From an uncultured Muribaculaceae bacterium (GTDB lineage Bacteria; Bacillota_I; Bacilli_A; RF39; UBA660), in NCBI GenBank assembly GCA_964605575.1, contig CAZSDG010000002.1, forward strand, positions 1-44,360: a DNA stretch of 44,360 nucleotides, given 5' to 3'. The notes below the pieces were generated by a model that had not been told where the DNA came from, did no database searches, and saw only the letters and a list, made by a program, of their open reading frames with translations. Each line of letters starts with the position of its first letter. Position 1 is the first letter of the stretch. A program made the translations under genes and the position numbers. Positions 1 to 10,417 of the stretch are shown piece by piece.

Positions 1-492
1 ATTATTTTTTAAAGATTTTTTTACATCAATTATTCTCTGGTTAGCTGAACCTTTGAATTGTAAATCCAAACTTTTATCCTCTAAAATAAATTTTCCATCA
101 ACAAGTACATCTATATTTTTTAATATTTCTAAATATATTGGTTCTGTTTCACTTTTTTCGATTAATTGATCAAATGTAAAACCCGAATAAATCCAAATAT
201 TAAATTTCTTTTCTTTCGCATATTTTGTTAGCTCAAATAATACTTCTGGTTGAGACATAGGTTCTCCACCGGAAAATGTTATTCCATCTTGAATTTCTAA
301 ATTATCTATTTCCTCTTTTAATTTAGTTAACGAAACTTTTTCGCCTGTTTTAAAGTTCCATGACTCTGGGTTATGGCATCCTGGGCAATGATGCGGACAA
401 CCTTGAAACCAAATTACAGTTCTTAGTCCTTCTCCATCTACGATACTGTCTTTTTGAATGGGACTAGATAGTCTTGCGTAAATTTCTTTCAC
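1..492 (-). CDS. nrdG: Anaerobic ribonucleotide reductase activating protein (radical SAM); the 3' end runs off the window
   Basis: Not in the ORF track (GTG start, open at the window edge). Hand translation from GTG at 492 gives VKEIYARLSSPIQKDSIVDGEGLRTVIWFQGCPHHCPGCHNPESW...FSGGEPMSQ...FKGSANQRIIDVKKSLKNN. It carries the CxxxCxxC radical-SAM motif. GTGA overlap with the nrdD stop. Confidence 0.85.
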   Translation of the reverse strand, partial: MKEIYARLSSPIQKDSIVDGEGLRTVIWFQGCPHHCPGCHNPESWNFKTGEKVSLTKLKEEIDNLEIQDGITFSGGEPMSQPEVLFELTKYAKEKKFNIWIYSGFTFDQLIEKSETEPIYLEILKNIDVLVDGKFILEDKSLDLQFKGSANQRIIDVKKSLKNN

Positions 493-2837
493 GCTCTATG
501 TTTAACCCTATCATGTTCTTCGGCTTTTTTACTGTTGTTGAATCTATCAACAGTGCCGACTAAATACCCAGTAATTCTTCTAATACGGTCAAATGGAACA
601 CCATCTTCTTCTTTTCTTCCACATCCTGGACATTGATCATTAATAACACCAACAAATCCACAAACGGGATCACGATCTACTGGGTGATTGATTGCACCAT
701 AACCTATACCGCTTTCCTTCATGATTCGTACTACTTTTACGAATGCATCAACGTTATCTGAAGGATCACCGTCTAATTCAATATAGCTAATGTGACCTGC
801 ATTTGTTAAAGCGTGATAAGGCGCTTCTGTTTTAATTTTATGTTCAATTGTTGTATTATAATAAACTGGTAAATGGAATGAATTTGTATAATAATCACGG
901 TCAGTGATTTCCGGAATAATTCCATATATTGATTTATCAATTGCGGTGAATCTTCCGCTTAAACCTTCAGCTGGAGTCGCGATTAATGTGTAATTCATAT
1001 TAGTATCTTTTGCATACTTGTCACACTTCTTACGCATAAATCCAATTATTTCTAATCCGAGTTCTTGTGCTTTTTTAGATTCCCCGTGATGTTTTCCGAT
1101 TAATGCTTTTAACGTTTCAGCAAGGCCAATAAAACCAAATGTTAAAGTTCCGTGACCTAATACTTTTCTAACTTTATCACGCGGTTTTAACTTTGCTGAA
1201 TCCATCCAAACTCCTTGTCCCATTAAAAACGGGAAATTAACCACTCTTTTGTTAGCTTGTATTTCAAATCTTTCATCTAATTGAGCTTTGACAAGATCCA
1301 TTAATTCATCTAATTCTTTGTAAAATCCTTTCATATCCGCTTCTGATCTTTCTTTGCCAATTATTCCATATTTAATACCTAATCTAACCAAATTAATCGA
1401 AGTAAATGAAAGATTTCCTCTTCCTGGAGTAATTCCTTTTTCTTTATCATAACTATTTGCTAAAACTCTTGTTCTGCAACCCATATATCCTACTTCAGTC
1501 TTATAATTTCCCGGTTCATAAGTAGCTAAATTATAAGGCGCATCTATAAATGAGAAATTAGGGAATAATCTTTTTGCCGAAACACGACAGGCAAGTTCGA
1601 ATAAATCATAGTTAATATCAGTTTTATTATAGTTGATTCCCTCTTTGATTTTGAAAATTGAAATTGGAAAAATAGGAGTTTCTCCCTTTCCTAAACCTTC
1701 TTCTGTCGAAAGTAAGAAATTCTTTGTAACCATTCTTCCTTCAGGAGTAGTGTCAGTTCCTAAATTGATAGAACTAAATGGCACTTGCGCCCCAGCTCGA
1801 CTGTGCATAGTATTCAAGTTATGGATGAATGCTTCCATCGCTTGAAATGTTGCACGATTAGTTTTTTGTAAAGCTTTTTCATATGCGCTTCTAAATATTT
1901 TTATTACTTGTAAAGATTCTTTCGCATATTTATCTAACTCAGAAACATCAAAATCTATGCTAGTAATTTTAGTAATATCTTTTTCTATTTGATTAAAATT
2001 AATGAATGATAAGAATCCTTCAACTTCCAAAAAATCATATGTTAGTTGTTTAAATTCTTTTTTAAATGTTTTCAAAACTCCAGGGGCCATAAATACATCA
2101 AATGCCGGAATACTTTGACCACCGTGTTGATCATTTTGGTTAGCTTGAATAGCAATAGCAGCTAAAGAAGCATAACTCATAATACTTTTTGGTTCTCTTA
2201 AAAATCCGTGACCAGTTGAAAACCCATTTTTAAACAAATCATTTAAATCTATTTGACAGCAAGTAGTTGTTCCCATAGGTAAAAAATCCATGTCATGAAT
2301 ATGAATCCTACCCTCATCATGAGCATCTGAAAATCTTTTATCTATTAAATATGCTTTTGCAAATTCTTTAGAAATCGTACTACCAAATTGTAACATCGTT
2401 CCCATCGAAGAATTTCCATCTATATTAGCATTTTCTCGTTTGCTGTCGGCTTCCGAAGATTCTTTTAGGCTTAGCTGCTCAATTGCTTTGATAAGCTTAC
2501 TTTGTCTTGAACTAAACAATTCTCTTGATGCTGTTCTTCTCTCGCGATAAGCAGAGAAAGACTTATGGACATCAGAATATCCATCTTTTTTTAAAGTTTC
2601 TTCAATTATTTCTTGTATTTCCTCAATTAAAATTTCTTTTTTATCAGCATAATCTTTTTGAATTTTATCAATTACATGCAAATAAACTTCATTTACTACT
2701 CCGTCAGTATAATCTGAATTTTCAATGCTATCAAAACCTTTTTTAATAGCAATCGCAATTTTTCCCCCGTTAAATGAGACCTTTTTGCCGTCGCGTTTTA
2801 CGACAATTAGAGTCTTTAAAAAATTAGTTTTGTCCAT
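489..2837 (-). CDS. nrdD: Anaerobic ribonucleoside-triphosphate reductase (class III)
   Basis: 782 aa. N-terminal ATP-cone (VVKRDGKKVSFNGGKI). C-terminal Zn site CPGCG and glycyl-radical motif RRITGYLVG. Followed by nrdG. Confidence 0.95.
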   Translation of the reverse strand: MDKTNFLKTLIVVKRDGKKVSFNGGKIAIAIKKGFDSIENSDYTDGVVNEVYLHVIDKIQKDYADKKEILIEEIQEIIEETLKKDGYSDVHKSFSAYRERRTASRELFSSRQSKLIKAIEQLSLKESSEADSKRENANIDGNSSMGTMLQFGSTISKEFAKAYLIDKRFSDAHDEGRIHIHDMDFLPMGTTTCCQIDLNDLFKNGFSTGHGFLREPKSIMSYASLAAIAIQANQNDQHGGQSIPAFDVFMAPGVLKTFKKEFKQLTYDFLEVEGFLSFINFNQIEKDITKITSIDFDVSELDKYAKESLQVIKIFRSAYEKALQKTNRATFQAMEAFIHNLNTMHSRAGAQVPFSSINLGTDTTPEGRMVTKNFLLSTEEGLGKGETPIFPISIFKIKEGINYNKTDINYDLFELACRVSAKRLFPNFSFIDAPYNLATYEPGNYKTEVGYMGCRTRVLANSYDKEKGITPGRGNLSFTSINLVRLGIKYGIIGKERSEADMKGFYKELDELMDLVKAQLDERFEIQANKRVVNFPFLMGQGVWMDSAKLKPRDKVRKVLGHGTLTFGFIGLAETLKALIGKHHGESKKAQELGLEIIGFMRKKCDKYAKDTNMNYTLIATPAEGLSGRFTAIDKSIYGIIPEITDRDYYTNSFHLPVYYNTTIEHKIKTEAPYHALTNAGHISYIELDGDPSDNVDAFVKVVRIMKESGIGYGAINHPVDRDPVCGFVGVINDQCPGCGRKEEDGVPFDRIRRITGYLVGTVDRFNNSKKAEEHDRVKHRA

Positions 2838-2972
2838 ATCTTTTACCTCCCACAGTTTGATATTTTACAACCCATTTGACTTGAAAAAATAACATTTTTT
2901 AGTCTTAATTGTATATTAAGTATAACCTTGAAAAATATAAAATGCAATACAAAAACCCAGAATTTTAGATAA

Positions 2973-3272
2973 TTATTTTACAATTTTAAATATTATTTCT
3001 CCCTCCTTTGATATCAAATATTTTTCTCGTGCATACTTGGCAGCATAGTCAGGATCTTCCAACTTAATTATCTCGCTTCTAAGGTTTTCTTCGGTTTTTA
3101 ATAATTCTTTATGTCTTTTTTTCAAACCTTTTTCAACACTTCGATTACTTATAATTCTAGACCAAGCTTCAACTGTTGTAACACACAAATAAGCCGCCAA
3201 AAAGCAGCAAATAACAAAAGAAAATAATATGCGTCTCTTATCTTTTTTTGTCTTTTTTCGCATGTACTTCAC
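2973..3272 (-). CDS. divIC: Septum formation initiator (FtsB/DivIC family)
   Basis: 99 aa. Basic N-terminus, one TM helix, a coiled coil, then DPDYAAKYAREKYLISKEGEIIF, which is typical of DivIC/FtsB. Confidence 0.65.
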   Translation of the reverse strand: MKYMRKKTKKDKRRILFSFVICCFLAAYLCVTTVEAWSRIISNRSVEKGLKKRHKELLKTEENLRSEIIKLEDPDYAAKYAREKYLISKEGEIIFKIVK

Positions 3273-3291
3273 CTAACCATCTATTATTTTA

Positions 3292-3320
3292 ATTATATAG
3301 ACAATCTAAGTTTAATACAA
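3292..3320 (-). promoter_or_regulatory. Sigma-A type promoter for divIC (TTGTAT-17 nt-TATAAT)
   Basis: On the minus strand, -35 TTGTAT is at 3320..3315 and -10 TATAAT at 3297..3292, with a 17-nt spacer, about 20 nt upstream of the divIC ATG. Confidence 0.55.
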
Positions 3321-3362
3321 TTGATAATTAAGGAGTTTTACATGATTTAACACTTTTTATAC

Positions 3363-3388
3363 ATAAAAAAAACACGAAACGTGTTTTT
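3363..3388 (-). terminator. Rho-independent terminator after spoVG
   Basis: The minus-strand RNA reads AACACG-UUU-CGUGUU followed by U8. It begins at the spoVG stop codon. Confidence 0.75.
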
Positions 3389-3660
3389 TATTCTTCGTTT
3401 TCTTCTAACACTTTATTGTACTCATCAAAGATTGCATTTTCAAATTGTTTTCTTACTTCTGGCGTAATTGGATGAGCTACGTCTTTGTATCCACCTGTCG
3501 ATGTCTTTCGGCTTGGCATCGCGATAAACAAACCGTTGTCACCTTCGATAATACGAATATCATGAACAGCAAACGAGTCATCTAGAACAACATTTGCAAT
3601 CCCTCTTAGACGAGAGTCTGTTTTTTCAGTTTTTCGAACAGATACTGATGTAATTTCCAT
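3388..3660 (-). CDS. spoVG: Septation protein SpoVG
   Basis: 90 aa, MEITSVSVRKTEKTDSRLRGIANVVLDDSFAVHDIRIIEGDNGLFIAMPSRK..., the canonical SpoVG sequence. Confidence 0.95.
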   Translation of the reverse strand: MEITSVSVRKTEKTDSRLRGIANVVLDDSFAVHDIRIIEGDNGLFIAMPSRKTSTGGYKDVAHPITPEVRKQFENAIFDEYNKVLEENEE

Positions 3661-3727
3661 AATGTCTCTCCTTCTAAAGTTAAATTAACTTAACCTAAGT
3701 TTATAATATTTACTAATAAAATGCAAG

Positions 3728-4549
3728 TTATTTACTTAATTTTTGTGTTAGCTCAATAAAGACATTTATTGGTAGCTCTTCAGCGCGAGAATTCAAATCG
3801 AATTTGTGTTTTTGCAATACATTATTAACAATGTCTAAATCGTATTTTCGTAAATTATTTCTAATGTTTTTGCGTTTAAATTGAAATGAATCACGCAGTA
3901 GTTTTTGAAAAAAATCCAAATCAATTTCTTCTTCATTTTCTTTTTTTTCAAAAAGTAGGACAACGCTATCAACTTTCGGTTTTGGCAAAAAATTTTCTTT
4001 ACCAACAAATAATACTTTTTTTATATTATAAAAATAATTTAAATGAACAGTTATTGAGCCATAAGATTTTGTTCCAGGTATAGCAGTAAATCTTTCGCCA
4101 ACTTCTTTTTGAACCATTAACAACATTTTATTTACTTGAATATTTTCATTAATTATTTTATTAATAATTGGCGTTGTAATATAATATGGTAAATTAGAGA
4201 TGATATATAAGTTTGAATAGTTTCTATTCTTTAAATAGTCTTTAATATCTATTTTTAGGAAATCTGCAAAAACTATTTCTGATCGCTCTGAAGAAAATCT
4301 ATCCAAATAAACTTTTAAATCTTCATCAATTTCAAAACCAATATAGTTTGAATTTTTGCTTAAAATTATTGCTGTTAAATCTCCTTGACCAAGGCCTATT
4401 TCAATAACCAAGTCATCTTCTTTTACATCAATAAAACTAACTATTTTTTTTAATAGATTTTTATTTTTAATAAAGTTTTGACCAAATTGTTTTTTAGTTT
4501 TATATTTATTCATAAAAGAAAAGGCGTTTATTCGCCTCTTTTTTTCCAA
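3728..4549 (-). CDS. rsmA: 16S rRNA (adenine1518/1519-N6)-dimethyltransferase RsmA/KsgA
   Basis: FGQNFIKNKNLL, SAM motif VIEIGLGQGDLT, NLPYYITTPI. The track start is a TTG at 4549; an ATG at 4513 (MNKYKTKKQFGQNF) is an alternative start. Confidence 0.9.
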   Translation of the reverse strand: MEKKRRINAFSFMNKYKTKKQFGQNFIKNKNLLKKIVSFIDVKEDDLVIEIGLGQGDLTAIILSKNSNYIGFEIDEDLKVYLDRFSSERSEIVFADFLKIDIKDYLKNRNYSNLYIISNLPYYITTPIINKIINENIQVNKMLLMVQKEVGERFTAIPGTKSYGSITVHLNYFYNIKKVLFVGKENFLPKPKVDSVVLLFEKKENEEEIDLDFFQKLLRDSFQFKRKNIRNNLRKYDLDIVNNVLQKHKFDLNSRAEELPINVFIELTQKLSK

Positions 4550-5085
4550 CCTTTTCTTAATAAGTCATATTTTATTTGGCTTCTACCTATTTTTCTTCCA
4601 GCATAGTCCTCTGATTCTGTTAACAAATCTATTGCGGTTCCACCAACACCTCGATCTAAAACAATCGCTATAACTGGTTCGGCAGAAACTCTACTTGATT
4701 CAAAACGAATTATCGAACCACAAGGAATATTTTTTGAAGAAGCGACAATTCTAACATTACCATAATCAGCATCTTTATGAATTATTGTTCCATCTCTTAC
4801 ATCTTTACTTGTACAACCTAAAAAACCAGAGCATAGAGCACAATCAGCGCCATATCCAGTTAGGTCCCCAACAAAAGAATCCAGCGGAGAGTATAAATCA
4901 TCATAATTTATTGCTTCCATTACCTCAGCTCTTGCACTAAGATTAAGTGTTTTATTTAAATTTTCGTTTATAACTCTAACTTCGTTTTGTCCTGCAATAT
5001 TTTTAGCAAGAAATAGCAGTCCAAAAACAAGAACAAACTGAAAAAAACGATAAATGTTTTTTAAGATTTTTTTCAAGATTATCAC
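4528..5085 (-). CDS. Membrane-anchored 3D-domain protein (YabE-like, putative cell-wall lytic/remodelling)
   Basis: N-terminal TM helix, then GYGADCALCSG...VASSKNIPCGSIIRF...AIVLDRGVGGTAIDLL, typical of the 3D (MltA-like) domain. It occupies the yabE position between tatD and ksgA. Confidence 0.6.
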   Translation of the reverse strand: MIILKKILKNIYRFFQFVLVFGLLFLAKNIAGQNEVRVINENLNKTLNLSARAEVMEAINYDDLYSPLDSFVGDLTGYGADCALCSGFLGCTSKDVRDGTIIHKDADYGNVRIVASSKNIPCGSIIRFESSRVSAEPVIAIVLDRGVGGTAIDLLTESEDYAGRKIGRSQIKYDLLRKGWKKRGE

Positions 5086-5121
5086 CTCATTTAGTATAAG
5101 AAAATTTTATCACGAACTTTA

Positions 5122-5874
5122 TTAAATGTCAAAAATTCGTTTAATGTTTTTTTCTGTTTGAGATGATATTTCTTCCGCTGATATATCCAGTTCTTTAGAT
5201 AAGTAATTTACTATATCTATTACCATTTTCGGTTCGTTTTTCTTACCGCGGTTTGGTTCTGGTGTTAAATATGGACAGTCCGTTTCAAGAATAATATTTT
5301 CAATACCCACTTTTCTTATCACTTCAATTAATTTGCTATTTTTAAAAGTAACAGTTCCATTTATTCCAAGCAAATACCCCATTTTAATATATATTTGTGC
5401 CGTTTCATAACTACCAGAAAAAGAATGAATAACGCCTTTTAAACTATACTCTTTTAATATTTTTATCGTATCTTCCGTCGCTTCACGACTATGAATAACA
5501 ACTGGCTTGCTCTTCGCTTGAGATAATTTAAGCATTTTGTGAAACAAATTAATTTGTTCTTCTTTTGTATTCTTGCCATAATAATAATCTAAGCCTATTT
5601 CACCAATCGCTATTATTTTTTGATTATTTACGTTTTCATTAATGAACTCAATCCAGGAAAAATCATAGTCTAATGCTGAATGAGGATGAATTCCAAGTGT
5701 TCCAAACAAATTTTTGTACCGATTTACTATAACACTAACTTCTTTATTAGAATCATTATCATAACCACTCGTTATATATCTTAGAACATTTCTTTCTTTA
5801 GCGTTATCAATAATTACGTCAATATCATCATAATATTTTTCGCTTAAATGACAATGACTATCAGTAAAATTCAT
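5122..5874 (-). CDS. tatD: TatD-family metal-dependent hydrolase (YabD)
   Basis: MNFTDSHCHL..., GEIGLDYYY, VVIHSR, ETDCPYLTP motifs. Confidence 0.9.
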   Translation of the reverse strand: MNFTDSHCHLSEKYYDDIDVIIDNAKERNVLRYITSGYDNDSNKEVSVIVNRYKNLFGTLGIHPHSALDYDFSWIEFINENVNNQKIIAIGEIGLDYYYGKNTKEEQINLFHKMLKLSQAKSKPVVIHSREATEDTIKILKEYSLKGVIHSFSGSYETAQIYIKMGYLLGINGTVTFKNSKLIEVIRKVGIENIILETDCPYLTPEPNRGKKNEPKMVIDIVNYLSKELDISAEEISSQTEKNIKRIFDI

Positions 5875-8800
5875 TCAATCAGCTCCTTTTATAGCTTTTT
5901 TTGTTTCAATAATATTCATAATATCTAATAAGTAATAAATAAAGTGTCTTTTGAGTTTGTTTTTATAAATAATAATAGTTATTCTTCCATTTCTATATGT
6001 TAGAGAAATGCTGCTGTTAATCTTAGTGATAAGCTGAAGTAGTTTTTCTCCATCGATTTCATTGGATAGATTTCTTGGAACGGTTAACTCAATGATTGTT
6101 TTGTTAAAGTTTATTTGATTTATGTTATTTTTATTTGCATAGTACTCAAATAATCTTTGATGCATATATACTTTAATATTATCAGTAATTTTACCGAACC
6201 GATCTTCAATTACTTCTTTAACAGCTTCTAGTTTTTCCTTACTATCAATCTCATTTATCATTTTGTGTATTTCTATTTTAACCATTTCATCACTTACATA
6301 GGTGTTAGGAATATGTGTTTCAACATCTACTAAATTTTGAATATCGTCTTCAGTTTTTTTAATTTCTTGATTATTTAATTCAGCTATTTTTTCGTTGATC
6401 ATTTCCATATATAGTTCAATACCTACTGAATCTACAAAACCAGCTTGTTCACTACCAAGAACATCTCCTGCACCTCTAATAGCTAGATCTCGCATTGCTA
6501 TTTTGTAACCACTCCCAAGTTCAGTAAACTCTTGAATTGATTTAAGCCTTTTTATCGCTACATCAGTTAATATTTTGTTTTTCTTATACATTAAATAAGC
6601 ATAGGCAATTCTATCACTTCGACCAACTCGACCTCTTATTTGATATAGTTGGCTTAATCCAAATTGGTCAGCATCAATAACTATCAACGTGTTTACATTA
6701 GGTATATCTATTCCTGATTCAATTATAGTTGTACAAACCAAGACATTATATTTTTCATTAATAAAATCGGTCATAATATTTTCTAACTCTTGCTTATTCA
6801 TTTGGCCGTGTGCTGCGATTACTCTAGCATCTGGAACCAATTTTGTTATATTAAAAGCTTTTTCTTCAATGTTTGCAACTCTATTATATAGGATAAAGCA
6901 TTGACCATCACGAGAAATTTCTTTGTAAATTGCATCTTTAATTAATAATTCATCTTCTTCAATCACATATGTTTGAACAGGGTATCTATTAATAGGTGGA
7001 GTATCAATTATTGATAAGTCCCTAATTCCAGATAAAGCCATTTTTAATGTACGAGGGATTGGTGTTGCTGAAAGAGTTAAAACATTAACATTTTTCTTAA
7101 TTTTTTTAATTTTTTCCTTATGAATAACTCCAAATCTTTGTTCCTCATCAATAACTAGTAAATTTAAATTTTTATATTTTATTTTTTCATTTAAAAGCTT
7201 ATGAGTACCAAATACAATATCTATAGTACCTTTTTCTAGTCCTAACAAGATATTTTTTGTCTCTTTTTCCGTTACAAATCTATTTAAAAGAGCAATATTA
7301 ATTGGATAATTTTTAAATCTTTCTACTGCACTTTGATATTGTTGATTTGATAGTATAGTCGTTGGGCAAAGATATGCTACTTGATACCCATTCATAACCG
7401 TTTTGAATATTGTCCTAAAAGCAACCTCTGTTTTTCCATATCCGACATCTCCGCATAATAACCTGTCCATTGGTCTTGATAATTGTAAATCTTTATCAAT
7501 CTCTTCAATAGCTTTTATTTGATCAGGAGTTGGATCGTAAATAAACTCACTAGCAAATGTAGCCTCTTCAACATAATTTATTAATGGTTCTCCCTTTTGA
7601 CTTTCTCTTTCTGCATATAATTCTATTAACTCCTTAGAAATGTCATTTATTTTTGCTTGAACTTTTCTTTTTTTATTTTCCCATTCAATTGAGTTTAACT
7701 TATTAATAGTTGGTTTGTTTCCATCTTTTGAAGTATATTTGTATAGTGTGTTTATTTTTTCAATGGGTATATATACTTTATCATTTCCTTTATATAAAAT
7801 TTGAATATAGTCCATACTAATTTTGTTTTTTTCTATAGTTACTATTCCATTATATATTCCAATTCCATGAATTCTATGAACAACATAATCACCAATTATT
7901 ATTTGATCAAAATTACTTATCCTTTTTCCTATTTTTAAACTGCTTTTGTATTTTATTCTTTCAAATGATATTTTTTCATAATCTTTATCTGAAACAACTA
8001 CATAATTGTTAATGATAAACCCTTTATTCAGCTTAATATTTATTATGTTAATTTTGTTTTTCTTAATATCGTTAAAATTATCAATAACAATAGCATTTGA
8101 AAGCTTACTTTTCATAAATTCAATTTGAGAAAAAGTTGCTAAACATATAATTATTGTTTTATTATCATTAATTTTTTCAATTACAAATTGATTAAATTGA
8201 TTAATATCAGAGTTAAAATTGGGGATTTCCTGACAAATTATCTTGTTATTTGGCGATTTGTTAATTGTGTCGATCTCAATTGCTTTTTCCTTTTCATTAT
8301 AATTATTAAATAATTTTTCTTCAGGATTAATTTTGTTATTATCAATATAGTGCTGTTTTTCTTCTAGCAGTTTATCATATGTTAATTTTATTTGGTTTGG
8401 ATCTATTTTTATTATTAATGGATCATTTAATAATTGAGTAAGACTAGTGCTTTCTTCTGAAATAATTTCTTTAAAGGGATAAATGTAATGAGTATCTATA
8501 TTTTCTGTTGATAACTGAGTTGTATCATCAAAATAGCGAATTGATTCTATGGTGTCACCAAAAAATTCAATTCTAACAGGTTGATCATCATCAATCGCAA
8601 AATAATCTACAATAAATCCTCTTACCGCGTATTCTCCAGTTGTAGTGACTAATGATGTTCTTGTATAACCGTATATTTCCAGTTTCTCCACGATTTTTTC
8701 GCGGCTAATTTCTAATCCTAAATTTATTATGAACTTTTCATTTACGGTCTTTTTATTTGGTAAGAGGTGAATATATCCCATTAAGTTAGTAATAATTATT

Positions 8801-9099
8801 TTTGGTGTCTTATCCGCTATTTTTCTTAGGGTTTCTAATCTTTTTATTTTTAATTCTGGTGAAATAGACAAGGCAACGCTAGAAACAAAGTCATCCATTG
8901 GAAAAAGATATACATCATCAATATAAGTACTTATTTCACCGTATAAATTGTTTGCTTTAAGCAAATCTCCTGTTAAAACTATTACATCTTTATTAGAACT
9001 CAAAAATTTTCGAACAATTATTAACGTATTGACTTCTTTTGTCAAACCATCATATTTGTCACTATTAATATCAATAATTTTGTCTAAAAAAGAAAACAT
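5875..9099 (-). CDS. mfd: Transcription-repair coupling factor
   Basis: 1074 aa. CarD-like RNAP-interaction domain (GDYVVHRIHGIGIY), DEAD/H helicase motifs (GDVGYGKTEVA, VIDEEQRFG, TATPIPRTL), TRG and C-terminal domain. Confidence 0.95.
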   Translation of the reverse strand: MFSFLDKIIDINSDKYDGLTKEVNTLIIVRKFLSSNKDVIVLTGDLLKANNLYGEISTYIDDVYLFPMDDFVSSVALSISPELKIKRLETLRKIADKTPKIIITNLMGYIHLLPNKKTVNEKFIINLGLEISREKIVEKLEIYGYTRTSLVTTTGEYAVRGFIVDYFAIDDDQPVRIEFFGDTIESIRYFDDTTQLSTENIDTHYIYPFKEIISEESTSLTQLLNDPLIIKIDPNQIKLTYDKLLEEKQHYIDNNKINPEEKLFNNYNEKEKAIEIDTINKSPNNKIICQEIPNFNSDINQFNQFVIEKINDNKTIIICLATFSQIEFMKSKLSNAIVIDNFNDIKKNKINIINIKLNKGFIINNYVVVSDKDYEKISFERIKYKSSLKIGKRISNFDQIIIGDYVVHRIHGIGIYNGIVTIEKNKISMDYIQILYKGNDKVYIPIEKINTLYKYTSKDGNKPTINKLNSIEWENKKRKVQAKINDISKELIELYAERESQKGEPLINYVEEATFASEFIYDPTPDQIKAIEEIDKDLQLSRPMDRLLCGDVGYGKTEVAFRTIFKTVMNGYQVAYLCPTTILSNQQYQSAVERFKNYPINIALLNRFVTEKETKNILLGLEKGTIDIVFGTHKLLNEKIKYKNLNLLVIDEEQRFGVIHKEKIKKIKKNVNVLTLSATPIPRTLKMALSGIRDLSIIDTPPINRYPVQTYVIEEDELLIKDAIYKEISRDGQCFILYNRVANIEEKAFNITKLVPDARVIAAHGQMNKQELENIMTDFINEKYNVLVCTTIIESGIDIPNVNTLIVIDADQFGLSQLYQIRGRVGRSDRIAYAYLMYKKNKILTDVAIKRLKSIQEFTELGSGYKIAMRDLAIRGAGDVLGSEQAGFVDSVGIELYMEMINEKIAELNNQEIKKTEDDIQNLVDVETHIPNTYVSDEMVKIEIHKMINEIDSKEKLEAVKEVIEDRFGKITDNIKVYMHQRLFEYYANKNNINQINFNKTIIELTVPRNLSNEIDGEKLLQLITKINSSISLTYRNGRITIIIYKNKLKRHFIYYLLDIMNIIETKKAIKGAD

Positions 9100-9104
9100 A
9101 TTAT

Positions 9105-9626
9105 CTATTTCTTTTCTAAAATAAATTTATTAATATCACGTATAGCTAAATCGAAGATTTCATTCAGTATTTCTACCTCTTTTTTAGTAAATTTACTCAA
9201 TACAAAATCTTTTGCATCCTTATTATTTGCATTGTTAACACCTATCTTGATTCTCAAAAAATCTGTTGTATTTATATTATCTATTATAGATTGAATCCCG
9301 TTATGGCCACCAGAAGTACTATGATTTTTTAATTTATAATTTCCAATCGGCATATCAATATCATCTTGAATTATTAATAGATCTTCAATTTTTATTTTGA
9401 AATATTTTAAATATTTTTTTACTACAATTCCAGATAAATTCATGTATAGGAGTGGTTTAATAAAAATAATTTTTTCTCTACCAAATTTTGTTTCATATAT
9501 CAATGCATCAGGTTTTGATTGCCAGGCAACATTGCCTAAAAATTTATCAATTAAAAGAAAACCAATATTGTGACGGGTTTTTTCATATTTTTTACCTGGA
9601 TTTCCTAAACCGACAATTAACTTCAT
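9105..9626 (-). CDS. pth: Peptidyl-tRNA hydrolase
   Basis: MKLIVGLGNPGKKYEKTRHNIGF..., GGHNGIQSI. Confidence 0.95.
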   Translation of the reverse strand: MKLIVGLGNPGKKYEKTRHNIGFLLIDKFLGNVAWQSKPDALIYETKFGREKIIFIKPLLYMNLSGIVVKKYLKYFKIKIEDLLIIQDDIDMPIGNYKLKNHSTSGGHNGIQSIIDNINTTDFLRIKIGVNNANNKDAKDFVLSKFTKKEVEILNEIFDLAIRDINKFILEKK

Positions 9627-10417
9627 TTGTTTTTTTTCTCTTTCTTTTCCTGTTTAACTTCTACTGTAAATCTTTCGTTGTTAATATTTACTATTACTTT
9701 TTGGGAAATAATATCAATATTTTCAACCTTGCCTTTACCGTGTTCAGTAGTTATAATTTCACCAATTTGTGGCATGTTTTTTCTATATTCTTGGTATTGC
9801 TCGTCTTCATATGTAAGACAACAAAGTAATCTTCCACAAGCGCCATTTATTTTATTAGGATTTAAGGCGATGTTTTGATTTTTAGCCATGTTTATGGTTA
9901 CAGTATCAATTGAATCTAAAAATGAACAACAACATAACTTTCTACCACACTGACCTATACCGCAAACTTCTCTTGCTTTATCTCTTACACCAATTTGTCT
10001 TAATTCGATTCTGGTGTGGTATATACTAGCAAGTTTTTTTACTAATTCTCTAAAATCTACTCTTTCGTTTGCTAAAAAATTAAATAGCAACTGTTTTTTA
10101 TCAAACGTATAACTCGCATCAATTAATCGCATATTTAAACCCATTTCATCAACTATTTTACGAGCATTATTTAATGCTCTAGCGGCAGCTTCTTGATTTG
10201 AAGCATGAATTTCTAAATCTTTTTCTGTAGCAATTCTCAAAATTTGCTTATAATTATTTAAAGCATCCACTTCCTTGCCTTTTCTTACTACACTTGCAAT
10301 TTGTGCTCCTTTGTCTGTATCAACAATTACTTTTATATTTACATCTATGTCGTCTTTACTTACAAAATTGTACACCTTGCCATTCTGCTTAAAAACTAAT
10401 CCATATAATTTATACAT
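9623..10417 (-). CDS. ricT: PSP1-domain protein YaaT/RicT (stage 0 sporulation protein-like)
   Basis: 264 aa. Cys clusters CGIGQCGRKLCCCSFL and GACGRLLCCLTYE are typical of YaaT. It sits downstream of holB as in Bacillus. Confidence 0.85.
   Translation of the reverse strand: MYKLYGLVFKQNGKVYNFVSKDDIDVNIKVIVDTDKGAQIASVVRKGKEVDALNNYKQILRIATEKDLEIHASNQEAAARALNNARKIVDEMGLNMRLIDASYTFDKKQLLFNFLANERVDFRELVKKLASIYHTRIELRQIGVRDKAREVCGIGQCGRKLCCCSFLDSIDTVTINMAKNQNIALNPNKINGACGRLLCCLTYEDEQYQEYRKNMPQIGEIITTEHGKGKVENIDIISQKVIVNINNERFTVEVKQEKKEKKNK

Noticed and set aside
1633-1845. Many 60-160-aa ORFs in the track lie antisense to, or out of frame inside, long well-supported genes. Examples: 1633..1845, 2525..2746, 3886..4083, 6689..6904, 9488..9878, 12149..13535, 15263..15937, 17554..17862, 19048..19440, 24095..24277, 25504..25791, 29020..29451, 33034..33414, 34163..34731, 36181..36429, 37108..37346, 38619..39059, 41792..42022.
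   Set aside because: They have low-complexity Leu/Phe/Ile/Ser-rich translations with no recognisable motifs and no ribosome-binding sites, and they are fully nested in conserved genes. They are shadow ORFs, as expected in DNA this AT-rich.
2838-2972. NrdR boxes upstream of nrdD (candidates TATACTTAATATACAAT and TGTAAAATATCAAACT on the minus strand).
   Set aside because: They match only about 10/16 positions of the acaCwAtATaTwGtgt consensus, lack the ACAC/GTGT ends, and are not at the usual spacing of about 31 bp.
3661-3727. Sigma-A promoter for spoVG (TTGCAT ... TATAAA).
   Set aside because: The spacer is only 15 nt and there is no better -10 hexamer at the right distance. The evidence is too weak to list as a feature, and spoVG may be read through from ksgA.
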